Shown: piece after piece, positions 17,415-26,764 of the stretch | Numbering within the stretch: position 1 is the first letter of the stretch | How the letters are laid out: each line of letters opens with the position of its first letter | NCBI GenBank assembly: GCA_027001995.1 | Contig: JALTLO010000049.1 | Location: forward strand, 18,253-48,638 | Source of the DNA: Planctomycetota bacterium | GTDB taxonomy: Bacteria > Planctomycetota > GCA-002687715 > DRQF01 | DNA length: 30,386 bases | Direction of reading: 5' to 3' | Notes under the pieces: model-generated | Databases searched by the model: none | Seen by the model: only the letters and a program-made list of their open reading frames with translations | What the model was told of the DNA's origin: nothing | Position numbers and translations under genes: made by a program

Positions 17415-19112
17415 ATGTTGAGCCGAATTCTTTTTGTCCTCTTGACCTTGGCGACGCTGGGTTCAGCGCAGCGCCACAAACCCTATGTCGACCGAGAGGC
17501 GGGGTTCTCCATCCGCCCCCCATCGAGCTTCTCCCGCGTCCCCATGCGCGGTGGCGAAAAGTGGATCTTGGCCAAATTCTTGAGTGACGAATCTTTCCCG
17601 CATGTTTATGAACAAGAAGGCAAACGAAGCACGATCCAACATCGTCCGACCATGCGGGTCTTAGTTTTCCCCAAAGACGCGAAAGCCGTGCAGGTCGAAC
17701 GAGTTAAGAAGAAGAAAGAGGATGGCTCCACCATAGACGGAACAGTCATCACCATCTCAAACCCCTACAAGAACTACAAAGACTACCTCCAAAGGCACGA
17801 TCAAGGAGGCGGTTGGCATATTAGCCAAGTGACTGAGACCAAAATCGCTGGTATTCCTGCGACCTGGACTGAAGCAGAAATACGGTCCATGACGATCTTA
17901 CCGCGAGACCTCATGGCCGTCGTTTATCACTTGGGCGATCGCACGCTCGTGGTCGAAGTCGATGTTCTGCCCGAATTTCGCTCGCGTATGAACAATCGCA
18001 TGAAGAACTCTCTGAAGTCCCTTCGGTGGTTGGGCACATCGCTACCCAAGAAAGAGAACGCCCCAAACAAAGAAAAATTCGACATCATCACGGACACCAA
18101 ACTTTCCCATGCTGAGCGTTCCGCCAAGCTCGCCGAGCACTATGCAAAAGTGGCAAGAAAAAGACGCGAAGAAGACCTCAAGCGAGCGGTGAAAAACAAA
18201 CCCAACGGTTGGCGCGCCATGAAGCGGAAGAACTTTGTTGTCTTGACCCACGTCGGAGACAAATACACCAACCACATTTTGAAACAATCTGGCTACTTCC
18301 GCAAATGGTTGGACAAGAAATTCGCAAAGATCGGCGATGGCAAAGTTTATCCATCTCTTATCCGAATCTTCAAAGGGAGGAGCGAAGCACAGGCGTATCT
18401 TCGAGGATCTGCCGACTCTTATTTCTATGACACCGGTGAAGTCGTCTGTGGCGGTGAAGCTTCAGCAATCTTGTCAGATTTCTCAAGCACCTCAACTGGA
18501 CTTCTTGAGCAGTACTTGACCGAAAAGAACCCAGCACTGTGGCGTGCCCTTCCCGACTGGCTCCGCAGCGGTTTGGTAAGTTATGCTAGCACGGCCTTTC
18601 CCAGCAAAGCAAAAGGGCTCGTTTTTGTCTCACCTCGAGGGGTCTTCGCAGAAGGTAAGGAGCTCTGTGAAGAAGGCACCTTCCCCACCGTTCGCAGTTT
18701 GATGCGCTCAGAATGGTCTTCCATGGCTAGTAACGAAGAGAGAAGCCAACACGCAGTCCTCGCTACTCTCTTCGTACGCTACCTCATGGAGAAAGGAAAA
18801 AAGGGAAAAACCAAGAACCTCTTGCAGCACTGGATGGACATGTCCCTCAAAGTGCTCAACAAGATGGACGGCGATTTTTGGCAAAAGATCACCAAGAACC
18901 GCAAGACAACGACCCCCCTCACCGAAGAGGAAGAAGACAAGGCATTTAAGGAACGCAAAAAAAGGTCAAGAGAATTCCACAAGGCCTTTGTCGAAGATCG
19001 GAAGAAACTCTTAAGACAGGCTTTTGATGAGACTTTTAAGGGATGGTCAGAGCGGGACTGGAAAAAGTTAGACAAGTCGTTTCGCTCTTGGGTGAAAACT
19101 GGTGGCAGGTAG
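17415..19112 (+). CDS. Secreted hypothetical protein with a degenerate zincin (DUF1570/peptidase MA-like) C-terminal region
   Basis: 565-aa ORF with RBS AGGA and signal peptide; LPDWLRSGLVSY resembles P.WL.EGLAEY, but there is no HExxH. Confidence 0.7.
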   Translation: MLSRILFVLLTLATLGSAQRHKPYVDREAGFSIRPPSSFSRVPMRGGEKWILAKFLSDESFPHVYEQEGKRSTIQHRPTMRVLVFPKDAKAVQVERVKKKKEDGSTIDGTVITISNPYKNYKDYLQRHDQGGGWHISQVTETKIAGIPATWTEAEIRSMTILPRDLMAVVYHLGDRTLVVEVDVLPEFRSRMNNRMKNSLKSLRWLGTSLPKKENAPNKEKFDIITDTKLSHAERSAKLAEHYAKVARKRREEDLKRAVKNKPNGWRAMKRKNFVVLTHVGDKYTNHILKQSGYFRKWLDKKFAKIGDGKVYPSLIRIFKGRSEAQAYLRGSADSYFYDTGEVVCGGEASAILSDFSSTSTGLLEQYLTEKNPALWRALPDWLRSGLVSYASTAFPSKAKGLVFVSPRGVFAEGKELCEEGTFPTVRSLMRSEWSSMASNEERSQHAVLATLFVRYLMEKGKKGKTKNLLQHWMDMSLKVLNKMDGDFWQKITKNRKTTTPLTEEEEDKAFKERKKRSREFHKAFVEDRKKLLRQAFDETFKGWSERDWKKLDKSFRSWVKTGGR

Positions 19113-19142
19113 GGAAATCTTCGAGTCCTTCACATCAACGAG

Positions 19143-19172
19143 TAGGCCTCGTTTCCGAGGAAACGAGGCCTA
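19143..19172. terminator. Hairpin between convergent genes, probable bidirectional terminator
   Basis: Perfect 13-bp stem TAGGCCTCGTTTC / GAAACGAGGCCTA with loop CGAG; U-tracts are weak. Confidence 0.7.
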
Positions 19173-19198
19173 TTCTCAATTGCGATGGATGGGATCAA

Positions 19199-20059
19199 CT
19201 ACTTGGAGAAGCTGATTTCGCCGAGGTCAGCAGTTCCTTTGGCGGAAACAGTGACTTCGACACCATCTTTGGCTGTCTTGCAATTGCCGTGGACAAAGCG
19301 AATCTTGTACTTTCCTGGAGGAACCCCCGTGATTGTGAACGATCCATCAGCGGCACTCACGGTGAAGCAAGGGTGTTCCATGATGTGAATCGTAGCATTC
19401 ATCCAAGGGTGAATGTCACAAGCGAGGCCGGCAGAAAGTTCGGCGTATTCAAAGATCTCGGTGCTGGTAGAAGGCTTGGGCTGAGTCTTGTTGATTTCAT
19501 CGTTGGCACGGCCAAGGAAGTGGTAGTTGTGGCTCGTGTCATCGGCGTTGACAATTTCGACATCCTGGTTGACCCGCACACCTAAGACGTGGGGACGGTA
19601 TTGGCATCCTTTTTGGATGATGCGGGCAGGCTTGTCTGTCTCTGGGAAAGACTCGGCGTGAGAGTCAAGCCCTTCGACGTAAACAAACACATCGCGAAGA
19701 CCGCCATCTGAAGCTACAACAAGAGTTTCGTCTTTTACTGTGCCTTGTTCTTTGCACCAAGCATCTTTCGAATTGTCCAGTGCCCGGGCTGCTGGTGCGG
19801 ATCCAGCAAATTTGACTTTGCCCTTGATCATGCCAGCGTTGGCCAAGTCGACTGTGCCCCCAAGAGGTCCCATGCCCCCAGCAGCGGCCGTATTCTTCTT
19901 GGCGCTCTTCTTCTTAGAAGCGCCTTTCTTTTTGGAGCTATTGGAAGACTTCTTATTATCTTTGCTGCCTTTGTCGTCGCCGCCACCGCAGGCAACGAGG
20001 CTCAACCCCAAACAGGCAATGACCAAGATGGTCACAATACTTTTCAATTGTTCACTCAT
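19199..20059 (-). CDS. Lipoprotein with cupredoxin-like and carboxypeptidase-regulatory-like domains
   Basis: Lipobox LVAC; K/S-rich linker; GKVKF.G, QKGCQYRPHV, N.D...HNYH, CDIHPWM (type-1 Cu-like C-H-M), DGSFTITGVPPGKY. Confidence 0.8.
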   Translation of the reverse strand: MSEQLKSIVTILVIACLGLSLVACGGGDDKGSKDNKKSSNSSKKKGASKKKSAKKNTAAAGGMGPLGGTVDLANAGMIKGKVKFAGSAPAARALDNSKDAWCKEQGTVKDETLVVASDGGLRDVFVYVEGLDSHAESFPETDKPARIIQKGCQYRPHVLGVRVNQDVEIVNADDTSHNYHFLGRANDEINKTQPKPSTSTEIFEYAELSAGLACDIHPWMNATIHIMEHPCFTVSAADGSFTITGVPPGKYKIRFVHGNCKTAKDGVEVTVSAKGTADLGEISFSK

Positions 20060-20220
20060 TGGAAAACATCCCTTACTTATTGGATACCATCGTTGTCTCG
20101 GTCCCTTAACTCACTTCATATAGGAACACCGAGCCTTCTTTACAAATTACCGCGTCAATGTGTCCTCATTGACTTCTGTCATATTCTCAGAGCGATCTTT
20201 TCACCCTGCAACCACGAAAA

Positions 20221-21105
20221 TTATGGTGAAGATGCTGAACTCGTATCCTGAGAATCATGTTCATCTACGCGACCAAACCGCAATGGGGGAATCGCCCCCG
20301 CTTCCTTGCTGAACACCATCTTACACGCTTCGATGCAGTCGCCACAACGAATGCACTCAGCGTCGCCATAGCGCTCTGGCTCTTCGTCAAATCCCGTCGC
20401 TTTCTGTTCGACCACAGTCCCCAAAGCCTTGGGGTCTATCTTGACTGGGCAGATTTTTTCACAAGCTCCGCACTCAATGCAGGGATTGGGGATTTCCTTG
20501 AAAACGATCCCAACCGGGGCCTTTGACGTCACCAGGCGATAGTAGAGGCCTATGGGACAGACATGAATGCAGAAGCCAAATCGCCAGATAAAAGCGTGTC
20601 CAAGTCCGCCCAAGGTCATGATAAGAAAGATTCCCGCCGTCACAGCCTTCGCCGTAGGAGAACCGTCGATCATGACCCGGGGGTCAACCCACCAGAGCAT
20701 CACCGCAATGATAAAGGTCGCAACGAACGAAGCGCCTTTCAGGTGCATCAAGATTTCCTGCAATTTTGAGCGACTATTGGCAACATCTTCGCCGAAACGC
20801 GCCACATAACCGACAGGACAACCCCAACCACAAAAGAACCTGCCAACGATCATGTTGGAAATGAATGTGCCGCCATACATAATTGCCATGGCAATGATTG
20901 AGCCCTTAAGAGCAGCAAAGAAATCGACTGATTCCCCCAAGAGCAAATGATCGCCGCCCCAGAGATCAACACGGGCTAGTCCGGTTACCGGCACCATGAC
21001 GAGCAGGGCCAAGGAAATCGTGATCACGACTATGCGCAAAGCTGTAAAAGCAGCCCCCTTGCGAGACACCGCCGACAACATGCGCACGCGATCTTCTTTG
21101 GTCAA
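20221..21105 (-). CDS. ccoG: 4Fe-4S membrane protein, CcoG/FixG-like (start uncertain: TTG 21105 or ATG 21081)
   Basis: TM helices with GRFFCGWGCP and FCIHVCP motifs, plus CIECGACEKICP and ECIRCGDCIEAC ferredoxin motifs; last gene of the cbb3 cluster. Confidence 0.8.
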   Translation of the reverse strand: MTKEDRVRMLSAVSRKGAAFTALRIVVITISLALLVMVPVTGLARVDLWGGDHLLLGESVDFFAALKGSIIAMAIMYGGTFISNMIVGRFFCGWGCPVGYVARFGEDVANSRSKLQEILMHLKGASFVATFIIAVMLWWVDPRVMIDGSPTAKAVTAGIFLIMTLGGLGHAFIWRFGFCIHVCPIGLYYRLVTSKAPVGIVFKEIPNPCIECGACEKICPVKIDPKALGTVVEQKATGFDEEPERYGDAECIRCGDCIEACKMVFSKEAGAIPPLRFGRVDEHDSQDTSSASSP

Positions 21106-21779
21106 TGACAGCAAGTCGCAGCTCCTGGCTCCATCATAATTGGACCCCATGCCCGCCAAGCAGTCGAAAGTCCAATGGCAATCAACAAGATTGCACCACC
21201 GACTTGAATCGTCCTGGGCCCCAATCGACTTTTTATTTTGCCAGACAAGAACCCAACAAGCAAAAGAGAAGGGGTGGTACTGACGCTCACCAAGGCCATA
21301 AGTGCGATCGACTTAATAATCGTCCCGGACAGGACGGCCTGAACTGCGGCCAAATAAACAATGCCGCAAGGCAGCAATCCAGTCACCGCGCCCAAAGCGA
21401 AAGTTCCTTTCAGGCCAGTCAAAGCTCTGGCGCCGCTGAAGAGGGGCTTTAGGAATTGGGAAAGATGCCGGGTCCATGATGCAGACCGGCGCTTGGGCAA
21501 CAAAGACATCAAACCTGCAGCGATCAAAATGAGAGCGGCACCCATGGCGGCATAGGCTCGCGCCGCGTTTGAATCCCGCAACACACGGGCCCCGAACCAA
21601 CCAGCAAGGGCACCCAAGAATGCGTAGGTAAAGGCCTTGCCAAGAACGTAAGCCAAGAAAGAACCCCGATGCCGATGAGTGGCAGCCTTCACTGCGAACA
21701 CACCACACATTCCGGCACAGTGGGCAGAGCTTGCCAAGCCCAACAGGATGGCGAAAGTCAAAATCTCACCCCAGCTCAT
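21102..21779 (-). CDS. DsbD_2 / TauE-SafE-like membrane protein of cbb3 biogenesis clusters
   Basis: GL.SSAHCAGMCG and GLLPCGIVY motifs; ATGA overlap with the ATPase stop. Confidence 0.85.
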   Translation of the reverse strand: MSWGEILTFAILLGLASSAHCAGMCGVFAVKAATHRHRGSFLAYVLGKAFTYAFLGALAGWFGARVLRDSNAARAYAAMGAALILIAAGLMSLLPKRRSASWTRHLSQFLKPLFSGARALTGLKGTFALGAVTGLLPCGIVYLAAVQAVLSGTIIKSIALMALVSVSTTPSLLLVGFLSGKIKSRLGPRTIQVGGAILLIAIGLSTAWRAWGPIMMEPGAATCCH

Positions 21780-23833
21780 ACAACCTCCTCCCCGAAAGAG
21801 AGCAGTCCAAAGCTACGGGTGCATACCACCATGCTCGAAATAATCATAAGAATGGCTGCGGCCAAGGGGTGAAGACGACCGGTTACAGCCAAGCCCAATG
21901 CAACCACGTTGTAGGCCACAGTCCATGCGATATTGCCAACTGCCACCTGCCTCAGTTTTCTGGCTCCTGCCAAAAGTAGAGTTAAGTGGGACAGGTCATC
22001 ATCCAAAATCTCGACCCCTGCTTGGGATTTCGTAGCTGCGGTCCCATCCGCTACCGCCACTCCCACCTCAGCTGCTCGCAACATGGGAGCGTCGTTAAGG
22101 CCATCTCCCACCACCAAGACTTTCTTCCCCATTTCCTGGAAATGCTTGAGGTGCTTGAGCTTGCCCTCCGGGCTCAAGCCACTTTTCGCCTTGATGCCAA
22201 GTTGGTCACCGATAGATTTAGCAGCCAGGGCATGGTCACCAGAAACAATCTCTGGCTCAAGATTGCTCTCCACAAGGCCTGCAATGACCTCCTTGGCTGA
22301 CGTTTTCAGTTCCTGAGCCAAGTAAGCCAAAGCTTGGACCCGACCAGCCTCGGCGAAAGCTACCACAGTTGAGCCATCAGCCAGCAATCTCTGTCTTTCG
22401 TTTTCTGTTTCGGGGTGCCAAGAAAAACCCTGTTCATCCATCCAGGTTGGGCTACCAGCGAAGCAATCAGCGCCATCAATGAGGCCCTTGACACCAGAGC
22501 CAGGAACAACTTTGAGCTGGTCCGGCTGAAGGTCCCTTGCCAACACAGCTTGAGCAAGAGGATGATTGGAGGCACCCACAAGAGACTCGAGTTTCTGCAT
22601 TTGTTTCTTGTCAGTACCGGGAATGCCCACGAGATTTCCCAATGTCTGGGTGAGGGTCCCAGTCTTGTCCAGAAGAACCTTGTCGACCATCGCTGCGGCT
22701 TCTAGGGCACGGGGATCCCGAATCAGAATGCCTCGACGGGCCAAAGAAGCTCGCATAGCACGGTAAGCCAAAGGCGTTGCCAAGCCCAAAGCGCAAGGAC
22801 AAGCAACCAAGAGAACGCTCAAGGCGACTTCAACCCCCGCCCCCAAACCAGCACTTCGGTAACTCATGTAGCCACCAGCCGCCGCCAACGACAGGGCCAC
22901 CCAAGCGAGGTAGCCTGCCAAACGATCGGCTAACATCATGAACCGCGTCATCCCCATTGGAGAATCCAGGAGCTGTCGAATACGCCCCATGGTGCCCTCG
23001 TCAGCACGTTGGGTGACGCGAGCCCGAAACAAACCTGTGCCATTCGTTGCCCCAGCATGAACCAGCGTGCCAGGAACAATGGGACGAGGTCGATGCTCTC
23101 CTGTAATGTGAGCTTCCACCACTTCACTGCGCCCTTCCGTCACAACCACATCTGCGGGGACAGATTCTCCCGGTCCGACCACGACCAAATCACCGATTTT
23201 TAGATCAGCGGGCTTGCATTCAGTGCGCTGGCCTCCGGGCTGAATAACCTGAACATTTTCTGGCAACAGCTCTGCCAAGAATTGGGCGGCGTCCCGACCT
23301 CGGGTGCGAGAATGGGCTTCCAACCGTCTGCCGAACATGACTAAGACAAGAACCATGGTTGCCGTATCAAAATAAACCTCGCCCCTGTCGGCGAATGTAT
23401 TTCGTAACGACAGACCGTAGGCGGCCAGAGTTGCCAAGCAAATGAGGCCATCCATGCGGATCGCCCCACGCTTCAAGTCAAGCCAAGCACCCTTGAGAAG
23501 TGGAAGCCCCAACAAGATGAAAACGGGAAGAGAAAAAACCGACAAGGCCAAACGCCCAATGCCACGAATGGCATTGGCACCTTGGTCGTCAACCCCGTCA
23601 TAAACTGACTCGCCGTAGAGAACGAGGCTAAAAGTCATGACTCCCATGGCGAGGAAGGCCGAAAGCAGCAATCGAGCTTCAAGAAACTCGACTGCGCCTT
23701 TGCCAGCTCCCACCATGGCCGAGGCCATACGGCAGCCAACGCAACAGAAAAGCGTCTTAGGATCCGCCTCCACGCCTGGGTTCAGGCGCAGAGGCAGTTC
23801 ACAGTGAGCGCAGATCCCGGCCGCTTCAGCCAC
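21776..23833 (-). CDS. ccoI: Heavy-metal (copper) P1B-type ATPase, CcoI/FixI-like
   Basis: N-terminal CAHC and FCCVGC, YFDT, TGE, ACPCALGLATP, DKTGTLT, HPLA, GDGLNDAP, YN and AA.LM..SS motifs. Confidence 0.92.
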   Translation of the reverse strand: MAEAAGICAHCELPLRLNPGVEADPKTLFCCVGCRMASAMVGAGKGAVEFLEARLLLSAFLAMGVMTFSLVLYGESVYDGVDDQGANAIRGIGRLALSVFSLPVFILLGLPLLKGAWLDLKRGAIRMDGLICLATLAAYGLSLRNTFADRGEVYFDTATMVLVLVMFGRRLEAHSRTRGRDAAQFLAELLPENVQVIQPGGQRTECKPADLKIGDLVVVGPGESVPADVVVTEGRSEVVEAHITGEHRPRPIVPGTLVHAGATNGTGLFRARVTQRADEGTMGRIRQLLDSPMGMTRFMMLADRLAGYLAWVALSLAAAGGYMSYRSAGLGAGVEVALSVLLVACPCALGLATPLAYRAMRASLARRGILIRDPRALEAAAMVDKVLLDKTGTLTQTLGNLVGIPGTDKKQMQKLESLVGASNHPLAQAVLARDLQPDQLKVVPGSGVKGLIDGADCFAGSPTWMDEQGFSWHPETENERQRLLADGSTVVAFAEAGRVQALAYLAQELKTSAKEVIAGLVESNLEPEIVSGDHALAAKSIGDQLGIKAKSGLSPEGKLKHLKHFQEMGKKVLVVGDGLNDAPMLRAAEVGVAVADGTAATKSQAGVEILDDDLSHLTLLLAGARKLRQVAVGNIAWTVAYNVVALGLAVTGRLHPLAAAILMIISSMVVCTRSFGLLSFGEEVV

Positions 23834-24011
23834 CCAAGTCTGCCTTCAGAGCGACCAGAAGGTGGTTCACAATGTAAAGGGTGGCAATCACGATGAATCC
23901 AACCCAGATAATTTTCATAAAGAAAGGCATGCGGCCATGATCATACTCAAAATTGTAGGCGGTCTGATCGTCACCTGCGATATCAGGAGTTTCCGAATTC
24001 TTCTCGGTCAT
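23826..24011 (-). CDS. 61-aa single-TM protein resembling the N-terminal (FixP_N-like) segment of CcoP
   Basis: RBS GGAG before ATG 24011; overlaps both neighbours; FEYDHGRMPFFMKIIW followed by one TM. Confidence 0.65.
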   Translation of the reverse strand: MTEKNSETPDIAGDDQTAYNFEYDHGRMPFFMKIIWVGFIVIATLYIVNHLLVALKADLGG

Positions 24012-24306
24012 AGCCGATCTCCATTTCCATGAGTTCATACTTTGCTTCTTCGATGTCGCTGAATTGCCCCGACATGAAGGCGTAGGCCAAAAGCAGCAGG
24101 AATCCACCAGCGACCAAGCAGTAGGTCAACAGATGAGACCCGGCGAAGCGCAAGCCATCCGAATCCGTCAAATCCAAGAAAAACTCGTAGAGCTTATAGA
24201 AAAAAGCAGCTCCTCCAGAGAAAACGACAAAGCCGAAGATCCATAGCATCACCCGATGCATGGATTGCGACGACTCATCTCGCTGTGTTCTTTGTACACT
24301 ACTCAT
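23983..24306 (-). CDS. ccoS: Extended CcoS-like cbb3 oxidase maturation protein (107 aa, two TM)
   Basis: ATG 24306 overlaps the ccoO end, RBS GGAG; C-terminal YAFMSGQFSDIEEAKYELM matches the CcoS W..xGQFxDxE motif. Confidence 0.7.
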   Translation of the reverse strand: MSSVQRTQRDESSQSMHRVMLWIFGFVVFSGGAAFFYKLYEFFLDLTDSDGLRFAGSHLLTYCLVAGGFLLLLAYAFMSGQFSDIEEAKYELMEMEIGYDREEFGNS

Positions 24307-25294
24307 CGTTGATCTCCCGAGTATCTTCTGGGCGCCAAGTTCCGAGCCACTGCAAGTAAGCAATGAGCGACAGACCTTTTTGATTTGGTCCAACAGCTTC
24401 TTCGACCCAGTAGGATTCTTCTAGGTTCGTGATTGCTTCAGCGTCACCACTGTTCTCCCGCTTCAGACCCTTCCGCGCGATCTCTTCTTCAACAATTTCG
24501 CCCATGGCGGATTCGGCATCAGCCTTGCTGCCAAAGATTTCCCGGCGCACAATGATTCCCGTATTAGGATCAAGATAGCCCGCCCGGGCTTTCTTAGGGG
24601 CGATCTTGCGCACAACGCGGAAACCTTCACGAGAATAGAAGGGAAACCGTGGCATGACACTGCCGGGGGTGGTGGATTGAGGATCATAGAGATGAGCTGC
24701 ATGCCAGTCATTACTGCGCTTGCCACCTTCGTAGGTCAAGTCTGGCCCAACACGCCGCGTACCCCACATCATAGGGCGTTGCAAATCGTTGTTGTCTTGC
24801 TCGGTGGTGTTCACAGGACCATAGCGCTGTTCCTCATTGGCAACAGGGCGCACAAACTGACTGTGACAATGCCAACAGGCATCTCCCACGTAACGATTGC
24901 GTCCAAGCTCCAAGGCTTCAGCAAAGACTTTAGGCCACAATTCGTCGCTCGTTGTCCGCAATGCGTCTATTTCGTCCCCGATCTTCTTCAGAGCTTCCGC
25001 TCTTGCCGGAGGTGACAGTTCCTTTGGCAGAGCTTCGATTTTTTCGTTCTTGATCGCAACCAAAGCTGCCTCGGTGTAGACCTCATCAGAACGGGCAAAT
25101 GACTGATCAAAAGCCAATGGCCAAGAGTCACTCATCGACTTAAAGTCAGGAAGAACGTGAGATGCTAATTCTTCAATTGTGGCTCTTTCTACCTTCGCAT
25201 CCGTAATCAGAAACGGATAGAGACCAGAAAGGAGCACAGAGAAGATAAAACAACCGAATCCTGCGAAGAGGATAACACTTTTGAATTTATCCAT
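24299..25294 (-). CDS. ccoO: cbb3-type cytochrome c oxidase subunit II
   Basis: GR..Y....CWHCHSQFVRP, WGTRRVGPDL, WH..HL.DP....PGSVMP, LIAYLQWLG. Confidence 0.93.
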   Translation of the reverse strand: MDKFKSVILFAGFGCFIFSVLLSGLYPFLITDAKVERATIEELASHVLPDFKSMSDSWPLAFDQSFARSDEVYTEAALVAIKNEKIEALPKELSPPARAEALKKIGDEIDALRTTSDELWPKVFAEALELGRNRYVGDACWHCHSQFVRPVANEEQRYGPVNTTEQDNNDLQRPMMWGTRRVGPDLTYEGGKRSNDWHAAHLYDPQSTTPGSVMPRFPFYSREGFRVVRKIAPKKARAGYLDPNTGIIVRREIFGSKADAESAMGEIVEEEIARKGLKRENSGDAEAITNLEESYWVEEAVGPNQKGLSLIAYLQWLGTWRPEDTREINDE

Positions 25295-25297
25295 GAT

Positions 25298-26764
25298 TTA
25301 CTTCTCCTCTATCGCAACAAGATCAACTCGATAGTCATAAGGTTTCCCTGTTCCCATGGCCGTCTTGTAGACATTCCAAGCGAAGCAGAGTTGGCCGATG
25401 ACAATCATCAATCCAGCAACAGTTCGAATCATCCAAAACGGCTTCAAAGAATCGACGATGGACATCCAAGGTGCGAGTTCCGCGAACATGAATCCGTGAA
25501 CCAAACCACCGGCAGTCAAGTCGGTGAACATGATGACCAGACCAATGACGCTCAGCCAATAGTGCCACTGATTGAGACGACGGTTATGCCAATCGCAGCC
25601 GGTCAACCTTGGCCAGATCCAAGTGATCATGCCAAGAATCCAGAACGCGAAAACTCCCAACATGACCAGATGTGCATGGGCCGGCACCCAATCAGTGAAA
25701 TGAATGTACTCTTGGAATGTCAGAGTCGTCTGAAAAGAACACTGTAAACAGGTGATGAAGTAGCAGACCATGCCTGTATAGAACCAACGAATCGGGAGGT
25801 TCGTTCGCAGAGCTGCTCCCCTTCCCCACATGGTGGCGAAGAAGTTCACAACAACCGTAGTCACCACAATCTCAACTGCAATGGTGGAGATCACGGCACC
25901 GTACTGCACACTCATCGGAATCGAAGAGAGCAAGAAATGGTGGACACCATTCAAAGGATAGAAGAACGCTAAAGCCCAAAAGCCAATCACGCTGAGTGCA
26001 TGACTCCAAATTGGTTTGCGCAAAATGATGGGGACAAAGAAATACATCAAGCCCCAGCCCATGGGAGTCACGAAGAGCCCCACAAGGTCATGAATAAACA
26101 AACCAACAGTGGCACCACCAGAACTTCCGGCGAGCGACCACTCTGGCAAAGTGTTTCCCATGACATAAGTTAAAATCAACCAGATAATTCCAGCGGAAAT
26201 GTACCAAGAAGAGACATACATCCGCTTGTGAACACTCTTAGCAAGTGGCGTCAAGAACTGAGCCGCCACCAAAAGGGCACCAAACTCAATTAAAAAGTCC
26301 ACGGGCAAGAAATTCATCCGGAAGGTTCCAGGTTCGAAGCCGGTTGGCGTCTCGCCCCATTCCACTCCCTGGGCTCTTCCCATGAGAAGTCCCACAGTGA
26401 CCATGAAAATCAAGAATTGCCAAACCCAGAAGATGATCCAGCCCAGCTTCTTGCCCAAAACTGGCCGACCAGTCATGCGAGGCACAGCATAGTAGAGCAT
26501 GCCCACGAATCCATTCACCAAGAAACCATACGCAATTTGGTTGGTGTGGATCATACGCAGACGCCCGAATGAAAGATATTCAGAGACGCCATCGAGGGGA
26601 TTGTGATTGAAGAATTGAAAAGAGATGATCAGTCCCACAAGCATCGAGCACACCATGAATGCCAAAGCAGCAATGATGTGGGCCTTTACTAGGCTCTTCT
26701 CAACCAGACTGCGGCCCCCATTGGAGGCGGCGATCGTTTCGTCCTTAGGTGTATCAGTTGTCAT
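25298..26764 (-). CDS. ccoN: cbb3-type (C-family) heme-copper oxidase subunit I, divergent type
   Basis: RBS AGGAGG before ATG 26764; FGRLRMIHTN, IHDLVG, FYPLNGVHH, HFTDWVPAHAH supply the six conserved His; about 12 TM. Confidence 0.93.
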   Translation of the reverse strand: MTTDTPKDETIAASNGGRSLVEKSLVKAHIIAALAFMVCSMLVGLIISFQFFNHNPLDGVSEYLSFGRLRMIHTNQIAYGFLVNGFVGMLYYAVPRMTGRPVLGKKLGWIIFWVWQFLIFMVTVGLLMGRAQGVEWGETPTGFEPGTFRMNFLPVDFLIEFGALLVAAQFLTPLAKSVHKRMYVSSWYISAGIIWLILTYVMGNTLPEWSLAGSSGGATVGLFIHDLVGLFVTPMGWGLMYFFVPIILRKPIWSHALSVIGFWALAFFYPLNGVHHFLLSSIPMSVQYGAVISTIAVEIVVTTVVVNFFATMWGRGAALRTNLPIRWFYTGMVCYFITCLQCSFQTTLTFQEYIHFTDWVPAHAHLVMLGVFAFWILGMITWIWPRLTGCDWHNRRLNQWHYWLSVIGLVIMFTDLTAGGLVHGFMFAELAPWMSIVDSLKPFWMIRTVAGLMIVIGQLCFAWNVYKTAMGTGKPYDYRVDLVAIEEK

